A stretch of DNA of 64,000 bases, taken from Candidatus Latescibacterota bacterium (GTDB lineage: Bacteria; Latescibacterota; UBA2968; UBA8231). A program made the position numbers and the translations under genes. The DNA lies in NCBI GenBank assembly GCA_965243025.1, contig CBDETY010000003.1, forward strand, positions 3,456,001 to 3,520,000, given 5' to 3'. The stretch's first letter is position 1; every line of letters starts with the position of its first letter. The notes under the pieces were generated by a model. It ran no database searches and was not told the origin of the DNA. It worked only from the letters and a program-made list of their open reading frames with translations. Shown here one piece after another: positions 36,695-46,051 of the stretch.

Positions 36695-38632
36695 ATGAGC
36701 TCGCGTGGCGCCGCCCAGGGAGCCCTGACACCCCGCTCCCTCTTTATCGGCCTGGTCCTCGCCCTCGGCTGCGGTGTTGCCGGCCCCTTTTTCACTCTCT
36801 ACATACAGGGCTCCAACACCGGGGGTGGCTTCTACACCAATCCGCTTGCCCACTTCCTGCTGTTCGTGATGGCCGGTCTCCTCAACATCCTGGTCGGCTC
36901 CGTCCGCCGCTCCTGGGCCCTCGGACGGGGGGAGCTGGTAACCATCTACATCCTGATGACCCTTGGAAACCAGGCAGTCAGCATGGGTCACTACTGGGTG
37001 CCGATCCTGTCGGGGCCCTACTACTACGCCACCCCGGAAAACAACTGGGAAGAGCTCATTCACCCGCACCTGGCCGACTGGCTCGCCCCCTACCGGATGG
37101 ATTCCCTGCGCGGCTTCTTCGAGGGCTCCAGGGGACAGGCCGCCGTGGCGCAGTGGACGGCCTGGATCCGGCCGCTCCTCCACTGGTTCCCGATGCTGCT
37201 TGCGCTCCAGGCCGCCTCACTCTGCCTGATGGTGATCCTGCGGCGGCAGTGGGTCGAGCGCGAACGCATCATATACCCGCTGGTCCACGTCTCCCAGGCG
37301 ATGATTCAGGACGACCCGCGGCGGTCGCTGGTAAAGCCGTTCTTCCGCAATCCCATGATGTGGCTGGGCTTCGCAATCCCCGCGGTCATCGGCACGCTGC
37401 AGGGTCTTCACGCCTACTTCCCGTTCTTCCCGGAAATACAGCTGCGCACCTCGGTGCAGGTGTACCACGGAGTCCACCTGCCCCTGATTCTCAGCGTCGT
37501 CGCCATCGGGTTCTTTTTCCTCATCAAGCTGGAGGTGGCCTTCAGCCTGTGGATTTTCACCCTGCTGAACATCGTCCAGGAAGGGATCTACACGAACCTC
37601 GGATTCGCCGACAGCAGGGAGCCGGCCCTCAGCGTCTGGAACTACGGGCTGCCGAGTCTGGTGCACCAGAGCATGGGGGCGATGATCCTGCTCGTCTTCG
37701 GGGGTCTGTGGGTCTCCCGCGAGCATCTGTGGAACGTCGCCCGCAAGGCGTTCGCAGGGGCTCCGGACGTCGACGACAGCGACGAGATCATCTCCTACCG
37801 AGGCGCGGTTCTCGGCCTGATCGTCAGTACAGCGGCAATGGCCTTCTGGCTGTGGCGCTCCGGCATGCCTCCACTCGGGGTCCTGTCCCTGCTGTTCTTC
37901 GCTTTCGTCGTCTACGTGGCCCTGACGCGGGTGATTGCCGAGGGGGGAGTGGCCATGCTATACGCTCCCCTCGTGCCTGTCGATGCGGCGCTGTCGGCCA
38001 TCGGCACCGCCCAGTACGGGGCATCGGGAATCGTCGGTCTGGCGGTAGCCCGCATCTGGGCCAACGACATCTTCAATTTCGCCATGCCCCACTGCGCCAA
38101 CGGGCTCAAGCTGAGCGAGGAGATCGCAGGCCGCAAGCGCCCCCTGTTCTGGAGCATGCTCGCTGCCATCCTGATCGGCCTCGTCGGCTGTTCGGCGATG
38201 GTGCTCTTTCTCGGGTATACATACGGGGCCATCAACATGAGCCGCCCGCACTTCATCTGGCTGACCAACTATGTCTACGACTTCGCCGCCGCCCGTATCG
38301 AAACACCTTCCGGTGCGGACTTGCCCGGCTGGCTGCACACCGGAGCAGGCGGCCTTGTCATGGGTCTGATGATGGCGGCGCAGCGGCTCTGGGCATGGTG
38401 GCCCCTGCACCCGATCGGCTATCCGGTCAGCTCGGTCTTTTCCTGGATGGGGTTCAACGCCTTCCTCGCCTGGCTCCTCAAGAGCCTCGTACTGAAGTAC
38501 GGCGGGCCGAATGCCTACGGAACAATCCGGCCGCTTTTCCTCGGCATGATAATCGGGCAGTTCGCCATGTACGGGCTGTTCTGGATCCTCGACCCGATCA
38601 CGGGAATGGTGGGCAACCGCCTGATGCAGTGA
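36695..38632 (+). CDS. large polytopic membrane protein (DUF6785/DUF6784-like)
   Basis: Many TM segments; LRRQWVERERIIYPL, WWPLHPIGY, KYGG..Y...RPLFLGMIIG. Confidence 0.7.
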   Translation: MSSRGAAQGALTPRSLFIGLVLALGCGVAGPFFTLYIQGSNTGGGFYTNPLAHFLLFVMAGLLNILVGSVRRSWALGRGELVTIYILMTLGNQAVSMGHYWVPILSGPYYYATPENNWEELIHPHLADWLAPYRMDSLRGFFEGSRGQAAVAQWTAWIRPLLHWFPMLLALQAASLCLMVILRRQWVERERIIYPLVHVSQAMIQDDPRRSLVKPFFRNPMMWLGFAIPAVIGTLQGLHAYFPFFPEIQLRTSVQVYHGVHLPLILSVVAIGFFFLIKLEVAFSLWIFTLLNIVQEGIYTNLGFADSREPALSVWNYGLPSLVHQSMGAMILLVFGGLWVSREHLWNVARKAFAGAPDVDDSDEIISYRGAVLGLIVSTAAMAFWLWRSGMPPLGVLSLLFFAFVVYVALTRVIAEGGVAMLYAPLVPVDAALSAIGTAQYGASGIVGLAVARIWANDIFNFAMPHCANGLKLSEEIAGRKRPLFWSMLAAILIGLVGCSAMVLFLGYTYGAINMSRPHFIWLTNYVYDFAAARIETPSGADLPGWLHTGAGGLVMGLMMAAQRLWAWWPLHPIGYPVSSVFSWMGFNAFLAWLLKSLVLKYGGPNAYGTIRPLFLGMIIGQFAMYGLFWILDPITGMVGNRLMQ

Positions 38633-38643
38633 GGGAAGCCGGC

Positions 38644-39855
38644 CTACTCGAGGCCGATGGAGCCGTCCGCCTCGACGACGACTGGCCGGTCCCAGGCCTT
38701 CGGCGGGTGATCCCCGGCGGCTTCCTCGTTGAACTCCAACCCGATGCCGGGGGCTCCCGTCATCTCGATCCATCCGCCTGTAACGCCCGGCATTCCGGAG
38801 AACAGATCCCGGTTCAGCGGGGAGCCGACATCGGTGTTCACTTCCTGGATCAGGAAGTTCGCCACCGACATGTCGATATGCGCGCAGGCGCACAGCGCCA
38901 CCGGGCTGCCGGCGTGGTGAGGGGCCAGCACCACGTGGTAGAGCTCGGCTACCGCCGCGCGTTTGACGGTCTCGAGGATGCCGCCGCATGCCGTCGGCTC
39001 GAGCTGCAGAATGTCGACGGCCCGTTTCTCGATCACCGACTTGAACAGGTCGCGGTGCACCACGCGCTCCCCGCCTGCGATCGGAATGGCGGTCTGTCCC
39101 TTGATCTGCACCAGGGAATCCGGGTTCTCGGTCAGCGCCGGCTCCTCGAGAAAGAACGGGTGGTACGGCTCGATCTCCCTGGCGAGGCGAATCGCCTCGG
39201 CGGGAGAAAAGCTGCGGCCGTGGTAGTCGAGGCAGATCTCGATGTCGTCGCCGACCGACTCCCGTACCCCGCGAACCCGGTCCACCATGGCGGCGAGCTC
39301 GCGGTGGGACGATCTCTGCTCCCCGTGGTGCCACGTCGGCCTGGGGGGATCGTAGGTGTACTCCTCTTCCTGGGGGCTGAACTTCAGCGCCGGCCATCCG
39401 GCGTCGACGACGGCCTGCACCCGTTCATGGAAGGTGCCGTAGTTCCCCGCGGGCCAGCAGCCGCCGCTTGCGTACCCGCGAACGCGGTCCCGGCTCGGTC
39501 CCCCGAGCATCTTGTAAACCGGAAGCCCGCAGTCCTTGCCGGCGATGTCCCAGAGCGCCTGCTCCACCGCGCTCAACGCCGCGAGCTCGGCAGTTCCGAG
39601 GGGGTAGCGCAAGCCGCGGTAGATCGCCTGCCAGTGGTGGAGAACCCTGGTCGGGTCTTCTCCGATCAGCCAGCGCCTGTACTTGCGCACGCACCCCTCG
39701 ATCGGCTCGTCGAGGCTGTGGAAAGCTTCGCCGACGCCCGTTATCCCGCGGTCTGTGTGGACCGTCAGGAGCACGTAGTTCGCCGTGTTTCCCAGGCCGA
39801 ACTCGACTTTGCCGCCCTTGTTGATGATATACAGCTTTACGTCCGATATCTGCAT
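38644..39855 (-). CDS. mandelate racemase/galactonate dehydratase-like enolase-superfamily enzyme
   Basis: EQALWDIAGK, PVYKMLGG, LDYHGR, FLEEP, GGER, APH. Confidence 0.9.
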   Translation of the reverse strand: MQISDVKLYIINKGGKVEFGLGNTANYVLLTVHTDRGITGVGEAFHSLDEPIEGCVRKYRRWLIGEDPTRVLHHWQAIYRGLRYPLGTAELAALSAVEQALWDIAGKDCGLPVYKMLGGPSRDRVRGYASGGCWPAGNYGTFHERVQAVVDAGWPALKFSPQEEEYTYDPPRPTWHHGEQRSSHRELAAMVDRVRGVRESVGDDIEICLDYHGRSFSPAEAIRLAREIEPYHPFFLEEPALTENPDSLVQIKGQTAIPIAGGERVVHRDLFKSVIEKRAVDILQLEPTACGGILETVKRAAVAELYHVVLAPHHAGSPVALCACAHIDMSVANFLIQEVNTDVGSPLNRDLFSGMPGVTGGWIEMTGAPGIGLEFNEEAAGDHPPKAWDRPVVVEADGSIGLE

Positions 39856-39865
39856 CTTCGGTCTG

Positions 39866-40879
39866 TCACCCCGTTTCGGTTTCCTTGCGCAATATCAATG
39901 AAGCGACGGCCCGGTCACATACGGCCATGTCCGGACCGGGGCGGCGGTCCATGCCGAAACCAAGCCGGCGGAACGCCTCCATTTTCTCCTCGTCTTCGAT
40001 GCAGACGGCCGCTTCGCTTGCCCCGGCTCCCCGTTCGCTTCCCCAGCTACAGGCCCTGTCCATGAGTTCGGGCCATCCTTCCAGGTAGAGCGGGTGGATG
40101 AATCCGTCGATCCGGCAGACACCGCCCTCCGCCATCCGGGCGCTGGCCAGGCCGACGGTGCGGCCCCGGTCGCAGCGCAGCTCGAACCAAGTTCCTCCGG
40201 TGCTCAGCAGGGACTCGTACCTGGGGTACAATCCCATTACCGAGGGCTGCACCTGGTAGCGGTTCGAATGGATGCCAACGTTGGCGTCGAGAATCTTCCA
40301 GTCATGCGGCGTGTGGATGAGCGGAATCATCGCCACCCGGACCTCCGGCGATGCCGGCCGGATCTCTCCGGGCTGCCCGCCGCGAAAGTAGTCGACGAGG
40401 TATTCCTCCGGGGATTGCCCCCGGCTCAAAGCGACCATGGCGTTCGAACCGCACAACTTGCGCCAGCCGAGGCGGTGATACACCCGCGCCGCATCCGGAT
40501 TGCCGGTTCCGAGAAAGAGGGCCTCCCCCCCGTTCTCCCTGAAATCCTGCAGGGCGCGCTCGCAGGCGGCCGCCGCCATGCCCTGGCGACGGTGGCGGGT
40601 CGCGGTGGCTACCTCTCCGAGACCACCGATTTCGGGGTCGCGGCGCGCTACCGTCACGTGCGAAGTAGCCGCGGTTTCCCCGTCTGGTGAAATGCTGTAG
40701 AACAGGTCGCTGTTGAACTTCGCCTCGGCCCCGATCAGGGTGTTTTCGAGGAAGTCGTACGAGGTTTCGAAAATACCCTCCCACAATTCGACGAACTGTT
40801 CCTTCTGGCTCTCCTCGAGAGGCGGCTCGGTCCGTTCGATCCGGTGGGGGAAGTCCGAAGAGGGCGTCGATCCGGTCAT
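39866..40879 (-). CDS. GNAT family acetyltransferase, two-domain
   Basis: EVATATRHRRQGMA, AARVYHRLGW; degenerate second domain FRRLGF. Confidence 0.78.
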   Translation of the reverse strand: MTGSTPSSDFPHRIERTEPPLEESQKEQFVELWEGIFETSYDFLENTLIGAEAKFNSDLFYSISPDGETAATSHVTVARRDPEIGGLGEVATATRHRRQGMAAAACERALQDFRENGGEALFLGTGNPDAARVYHRLGWRKLCGSNAMVALSRGQSPEEYLVDYFRGGQPGEIRPASPEVRVAMIPLIHTPHDWKILDANVGIHSNRYQVQPSVMGLYPRYESLLSTGGTWFELRCDRGRTVGLASARMAEGGVCRIDGFIHPLYLEGWPELMDRACSWGSERGAGASEAAVCIEDEEKMEAFRRLGFGMDRRPGPDMAVCDRAVASLILRKETETG

Positions 40880-40957
40880 GGCGTGTTCGGTTTCTTGAAT
40901 TGCAGAGGAGGCCTAATGTAGGTTGTTGCCGAAAAACCGGAAAAGACAGGACGACAC

Positions 40958-41899
40958 ATGATCTATCGCACCCTTGGACGCACGGACCTCGTGGTGCCCG
41001 TCATGGGAATGGGCACTGGCGGACACAATCAACTGGGGCAGAATGCCGGCGTGCCGGAAGCGGATATTCACAGGCTTCTGCACGAGGTCTTCGACCTCGG
41101 CATCCACTACTTCGACACCTCCCCTGGTTACGGCGAAAGCGAGCTGATTCTCGGACGAGCCCTCCGCCACCTGCCCCGCGATCGCCTCGTTGTATCGACC
41201 AAGGTGGCGCTTGCCGACGATGAGGGCGCCCCTTTTTCAGGTAGCGAAGTCGTTGCCTCGGTCGAAGCCAGCCTTCAGCGGCTCCAGTTCGATTTCATCG
41301 ACCTGCTGCTGGTGACCACGCGGTATCCCCAGGCTCTCGAGGCCGCGGTCGGAGAGCACCTGCCTGCTCTGGGAAAGCTGCTGGAACAGGGGAAGATCCG
41401 GTTCATCGGCTCCAGCGAGGTGACCAGGTCGGACGACGATCACGAATGGCTGCGGGCCTTCCTGCCGACAGGACTGGCTGACGCCGCAATGGTCGGCCAC
41501 AACATGCTCAACCAGTCCGCAGAAGGGTGGGTATTGCCGTACTGTATTGAGCAGGAGATCGGCACGATAAACGTATTCACCGTCCGCAACGTGTTTTCGG
41601 ACCGCAATCGACTTGGACAGGTGGTGGCGGAACTCCGCGCCGACGGCCTGCTTGCGGAGGGTTTACCCGGTCAGCCGTTCGACCACCTGCTGGCGGACGG
41701 CGGCATACAATCCCTGCCCGAGGCCGCCTATCGCTACGCGGCGTTCACCGAGGGGATCACCACGGTGATGTGCGGGAGCATTCGACTCGAGCACATTCAG
41801 CGCAACATCGCCAGCCTGGAGAAAGGTCCCCTGCCCACCGACAGGATCGCCTGGTTGCGCCGCAGCTTCGGCCACATCGCCAGGGCGATCGGGAACTGA
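40958..41899 (+). CDS. aldo/keto reductase
   Basis: YRTLGRTDL, GIHYFDTSPGYG, VSTK, SLQRLQFDFID, GKIRFIG. Confidence 0.88.
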   Translation: MIYRTLGRTDLVVPVMGMGTGGHNQLGQNAGVPEADIHRLLHEVFDLGIHYFDTSPGYGESELILGRALRHLPRDRLVVSTKVALADDEGAPFSGSEVVASVEASLQRLQFDFIDLLLVTTRYPQALEAAVGEHLPALGKLLEQGKIRFIGSSEVTRSDDDHEWLRAFLPTGLADAAMVGHNMLNQSAEGWVLPYCIEQEIGTINVFTVRNVFSDRNRLGQVVAELRADGLLAEGLPGQPFDHLLADGGIQSLPEAAYRYAAFTEGITTVMCGSIRLEHIQRNIASLEKGPLPTDRIAWLRRSFGHIARAIGN

Positions 41900-41935
41900 A
41901 CCGGACAGAAAGCCCTGGGCAACCCTTCAGTCCGG

Positions 41936-43030
41936 CTACCGAAGCTTGCCGCGGCCGAGGATCGGCCAGATGGTCTCGACGACCCCGTTGCGGACGCCGT
42001 AGAGGTGGTCGTGCAGGAACAGAGTGGCGTCTATGTACCCCAGCTGGAAGTCGAAAGCATCGCCAACCCGGACGTCGTGGTCAGGTCCGCGGAGCTTCAT
42101 CACCAGGTGTTCGGCCGATGTCGTAATCTCCTCTACATCCTCGATTCCCACTGCCACCGGCTGCCCCGGCCATGCGGGCAGCGCCTTGAAACCTGCGTCG
42201 AAGATCATCCGCTCTGGTACAGGCCGGCTCGTGACCGTCGAGCGCACGTAGATGCAGATGTCGGTCTCGACGTGGCGCAATGAATACCGGGGGTCGTTGA
42301 AGATCGCCCCACCGGCCTGGATCTCAGTGATTCCGTCCAGAAATGGCGTCACCTTGTAGGTACCGCTGCCCCCGCCGCTTACTATCGGAACCGGAAGTCC
42401 CGCGCTCCGGCACATTTCCGCGGATTCGACCAGCAGCCCGACGGACCGCTCGATGGCCTCCCGTTTCTCGCCTCGCTCGAAAAGACTCACAGCGTGTCCT
42501 TCCCAGGCCATCAGTCCCTGGTAGTCAATGCCTGCTGTTTCCGCTGCCAGTCGTGAGAGATCAACCGCGGCTTGCCCCGGGGCGGCACCGGCTCGCCCCA
42601 TGCCCGTGTCCACCTCGACCAGGACACCGACTTCCACCCCCTTTTCGACAGCCGCTTCCCCGATTGCAGAAAGGTTGTCCGGATTGTCCACGGCGACCTT
42701 GACGTCCACTTGCCGGCACAGGTTGGCGAGCCGTGCGACTTTCCGTGGCCCTACGACCTGGTTTGCCACCAGGATGTCCCGGATTCCGGCGGCCGCCATC
42801 ACCTCCGCCTCCCCAAGCTTCGCGCAGGTTACCCCGATTGCCCCGGCTGATATGGCCTGATGTGCGATGGCAGGTACTTTGATCCCCTTGGTGTGGGGGC
42901 GCCAGTCGACTCCTGCTTCGGAGAAATGCCGGGCGAGTTCGGCGATGTTCTTCTCCATCACGTCGAGGTCGACCCAGAGGAATGGCGTATCCAGCTCGTT
43001 CTTGTGTAACCCTGTCTCTCCCATATCCAT
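41936..43030 (-). CDS. DSD1 / D-threonine aldolase-like PLP enzyme (alanine racemase fold)
   Basis: WRPHTK, CAKLGEAE, EVDTGMGRAG, SGGGSGT, DAGFKA. Confidence 0.87.
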   Translation of the reverse strand: MDMGETGLHKNELDTPFLWVDLDVMEKNIAELARHFSEAGVDWRPHTKGIKVPAIAHQAISAGAIGVTCAKLGEAEVMAAAGIRDILVANQVVGPRKVARLANLCRQVDVKVAVDNPDNLSAIGEAAVEKGVEVGVLVEVDTGMGRAGAAPGQAAVDLSRLAAETAGIDYQGLMAWEGHAVSLFERGEKREAIERSVGLLVESAEMCRSAGLPVPIVSGGGSGTYKVTPFLDGITEIQAGGAIFNDPRYSLRHVETDICIYVRSTVTSRPVPERMIFDAGFKALPAWPGQPVAVGIEDVEEITTSAEHLVMKLRGPDHDVRVGDAFDFQLGYIDATLFLHDHLYGVRNGVVETIWPILGRGKLR

Positions 43031-44917
43031 TTAATCCAACTCCTCAAAGGAGCCTTCCCTGTACATATAGGCCGAATCGTCGAAAATGTAGCGCTGGTGG
43101 AACTCGGACCAACGCGCACCACCGGCTACGACGAGGCGGCCGTTGAGGTCGCTGGCCGAACCCCAGGACTGCTCCGTCGGCAGATCGGGTCCTGGAAGCC
43201 ATTGGCCCTCTGCGGGGTCGTAGCGGAAGGTGCGCTTGATGCGAACCCCTCCCATCACCCAGATCTCGCCGTTGTGGGCTGCCACTTGAGCAGCCTGCGG
43301 CATATTTTGCAGACGGGGCAGCTCTTTCCAGATGCCGGTCTTCGCGTCGTACGAGAATCCTGCTTCCTTGGAGATGCAGTAAATGATTCCGTTGAGAGTC
43401 GCTCCAGCGAACTGACGCATCGGGTGCGGAAGAGGGTTCTCCATCCTCCAGCCGGGCTCCTCCGGACCGATGCTTTCGACCGATGCCATGGGGGAGGAGT
43501 TGTCGCTGGCCCCGCCGATCGCGTAGATCCTGCCAGCGGCGGTCACGACCACTGGCTCCATGCGCGCTTCGTTGAGCGCCGGCCCCCGGCGCCAGGCCGA
43601 GGTGCGGGGGTCGAAGATCTGAACGGCACCGGTCGGTACTCTCACCTCGTCGACATTGTCGGCGCCGCCGACGACCCAGACCTCCTGTTCCAGTGCGGCG
43701 ATCCCGTTGTAGCAGAGCTCGGCCTGCAGCTTCCCGGCAACCTCCCATGCTCCGGTGGCGTCGTCGTAGGCCCACAGCTCGTCGAACCAGTGATGCTCAG
43801 CCGGGTATCCCCAGCCACTGGTTACACCTCCCGCCGTGTAGAGACGGCCACCGATCTCGACGGAGAAGATGTCGTGGTTTCCTCCCGGCATCGGATTCAG
43901 GGCTTTCCAGTGGCGTTGCCAGGCCATTTCGTCCGCTTCCCTTCGATAGAGCCCGGTTCCCACGCTGAGCCACACGTTGCCGCGCGAATCGGAAACAGCC
44001 GCCTCTACAGGGGCCGGCAGCAGTTCGAGTGTAAGGTGGGCCATTTCCGCCCTGCCTTTGCCGCTGTTGTAATCTATCTCGATAACTTCTCCAGAGGCGA
44101 AACAAACCAGGGCCCTGCCATTCGGCGAACGGGCAAGAGCCGAAACTTCACCCGGGGGCAGGCTCAGCGTCGGCGGCAGCTCCATCCAGCCTTCATCTGT
44201 GCCCGGGTCGATACGGCGCAGGCCGCTCGGCCCCGCGATCCATACAAAGCCGACGGCATCCGCAAGAATGAACCTCCAGGATCTTCCTTCCGATGGGGTG
44301 ACATCCTGCCAGTGGGTCGGGTCGCCGGCGGACAGCACGAAAACCCTTGTATCCGGACCTCCCGCAGAGGTCAGGGACCAGGAGTTCCCGAACAGATCAC
44401 GAGTCATCGGCACCAGAAAGCCCCCCCCACCCGGAATGGGAACAGGATCGAATGTTCCATCTGCTCGCCTGAGGTTGGGGCATCCCTCGACACGGATCGC
44501 ACCATCCGTGGAGCGAACAACGTTTCCATTGCCGGTCGGCGCGCCACCGAAAGCGGCGGTAACCTCGATGGCCATGACCTCCAGTCCGTCAGTGGCAGCC
44601 GTAGATTCCTCAATTGACAGACGGAGGACACGCATGGCTTCTCCTCCAGCAACGAGGTAGACCAAACCCTCCAGGGAGGCAGCTGCGGAAGCAACAGTTC
44701 CCTCGTAGACCATCCGGACACTTTCCTCCAGGACCAGGGCCAAACCTGGCCGGGGCTCTTCGAGGACGACGAAAACGCGGCCATCCGAGTCCTCAACGAG
44801 CATCCGTGCCGGGCCGGGGAGCTTGGCTACGTGGGTCATCGATGTATCTACCTCTCCCGCCCGCACTGCGGAGCAAGTGAAAACGAAGGCCGCCGCCAAC
44901 GTGTTGGACAAACTCAT
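43031..44917 (-). CDS. exported beta-propeller plus Kelch repeat protein
   Basis: Signal peptide; DSRGNVW and DAVGFVW propeller repeats; Kelch GG motifs (LYTAGG, VWVVGG, IYAIGG, IWVMGG, LVVAGG). Confidence 0.82.
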   Translation of the reverse strand: MSLSNTLAAAFVFTCSAVRAGEVDTSMTHVAKLPGPARMLVEDSDGRVFVVLEEPRPGLALVLEESVRMVYEGTVASAAASLEGLVYLVAGGEAMRVLRLSIEESTAATDGLEVMAIEVTAAFGGAPTGNGNVVRSTDGAIRVEGCPNLRRADGTFDPVPIPGGGGFLVPMTRDLFGNSWSLTSAGGPDTRVFVLSAGDPTHWQDVTPSEGRSWRFILADAVGFVWIAGPSGLRRIDPGTDEGWMELPPTLSLPPGEVSALARSPNGRALVCFASGEVIEIDYNSGKGRAEMAHLTLELLPAPVEAAVSDSRGNVWLSVGTGLYRREADEMAWQRHWKALNPMPGGNHDIFSVEIGGRLYTAGGVTSGWGYPAEHHWFDELWAYDDATGAWEVAGKLQAELCYNGIAALEQEVWVVGGADNVDEVRVPTGAVQIFDPRTSAWRRGPALNEARMEPVVVTAAGRIYAIGGASDNSSPMASVESIGPEEPGWRMENPLPHPMRQFAGATLNGIIYCISKEAGFSYDAKTGIWKELPRLQNMPQAAQVAAHNGEIWVMGGVRIKRTFRYDPAEGQWLPGPDLPTEQSWGSASDLNGRLVVAGGARWSEFHQRYIFDDSAYMYREGSFEELD

Positions 44918-45060
44918 TCGGTACCCCTCCAGAATGGGCGATCCTAACTTCGAGAATGGACCTCTGCTGTCAACGCGCTGTGCGGTTATCGTCCAGACCT
45001 TGACACACGCCGAAACCTGGTCAATGCTTGGTCCCAAGTCTCAACAGATGGAGGAATCTC

Positions 45061-45912
45061 GTGATTGTAGGATCGGCACCATACCAGTACGAGCGGGTCG
45101 AAGGCTGGGGACGCGGGCCTGATGGGCGTGTCATGGGGGTGAACTCGGGAATAGCCGTTGATTCAGCGGACCGGGTTTACGCAGTCGACCGCGAACCCGA
45201 ACCGGCCATCGTGGTGTTCGACCGGGATGGTCGCTACCTGACCTCGTGGGGTGAGGACCTGTTTTCCCTCCCACACGAAATCTGGATCTCTTCCGACGAT
45301 CGCCTTTTCATACCGGATTGCCGCGATCACAGTGTGCGAATCTGCACAACCGAGGGGGAGGTGCTTCAAACAATTGGAACCCCGGGCAACTGCGGCGCAC
45401 CGGGCGAGCCATTCAACATGCCTACAAGGGCGGTTCAGGCTCCTTCTGGAGACATTTTCGTAAGCGACGGCTACGGACAGCAGTTCGTTCACTGCTTCAG
45501 CTCTGACGGAACCTGGAAGCACTCCTGGGGCGGAAAGGGGTCCCTGCCGGGCCAATTTACGCTGCCACACAATATTTTCGTCACCCCCGACCAAAGAGTC
45601 GCCGTTGCCGATCGCGAACCAAACAACCGCCTCCAGTTCTTTGACAGTGGCGGCGGTTTTCTGGAAAAATGGCCGGGGCGCCTGTTTCCCTGTGGGCTTT
45701 TTATCGATTCCGATGGTACCGTTTTCGTCGCCGAGGGCGGCGGCGTGAGCATCTTCAGTCTAGAGGGGGGGCTGATTTCGCAGTTTGTCGTAACCGGGGG
45801 ACCGGCCGATCGACTTCATGGGGCTCATTCCCTGTGGGTTGATCGTCATGGAGACCTCTATGTTGGTGAAGTCGGCGTGGAAAACCTGGTCTTCAAATTC
45901 ACCCGCGTTTGA
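45061..45912 (+). CDS. NHL repeat protein (peptidyl-alpha-hydroxyglycine lyase-like)
   Basis: GGAGG then GTG; FSLPHEI, FNMPT, VSDGYG, GQFTLPHNI, VADRE. Confidence 0.85.
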   Translation: MIVGSAPYQYERVEGWGRGPDGRVMGVNSGIAVDSADRVYAVDREPEPAIVVFDRDGRYLTSWGEDLFSLPHEIWISSDDRLFIPDCRDHSVRICTTEGEVLQTIGTPGNCGAPGEPFNMPTRAVQAPSGDIFVSDGYGQQFVHCFSSDGTWKHSWGGKGSLPGQFTLPHNIFVTPDQRVAVADREPNNRLQFFDSGGGFLEKWPGRLFPCGLFIDSDGTVFVAEGGGVSIFSLEGGLISQFVVTGGPADRLHGAHSLWVDRHGDLYVGEVGVENLVFKFTRV

Positions 45913-45991
45913 TACCTGCGCATTCATACCGTATACCGGAAACAGAACCGACCGCACAAGGCATGGATCTTCCAGCTGCTCATCCGGACAC

Positions 45992-46030
45992 AAAAAAGCC
46001 CGGCGATCAAAAAAAAGACCGCCGGGCTTT
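45992..46030. terminator. rho-independent terminator, probably bidirectional
   Basis: AAAAAAGCCCGGCG...CGCCGGGCTTT between convergent genes; T6 tail on the minus strand. Confidence 0.8.
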
Positions 46031-46051
46031 CTATTCAGCCTGAGCTATTCC

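Noticed and set aside
5732-40065. Very long antisense or alternate-frame ORFs (5732..7906, 22026..25304, 27569..30262, 32455..34962, 36589..40065)
   Set aside because: Shadow ORFs expected in high-GC DNA opposite genes with clear family motifs
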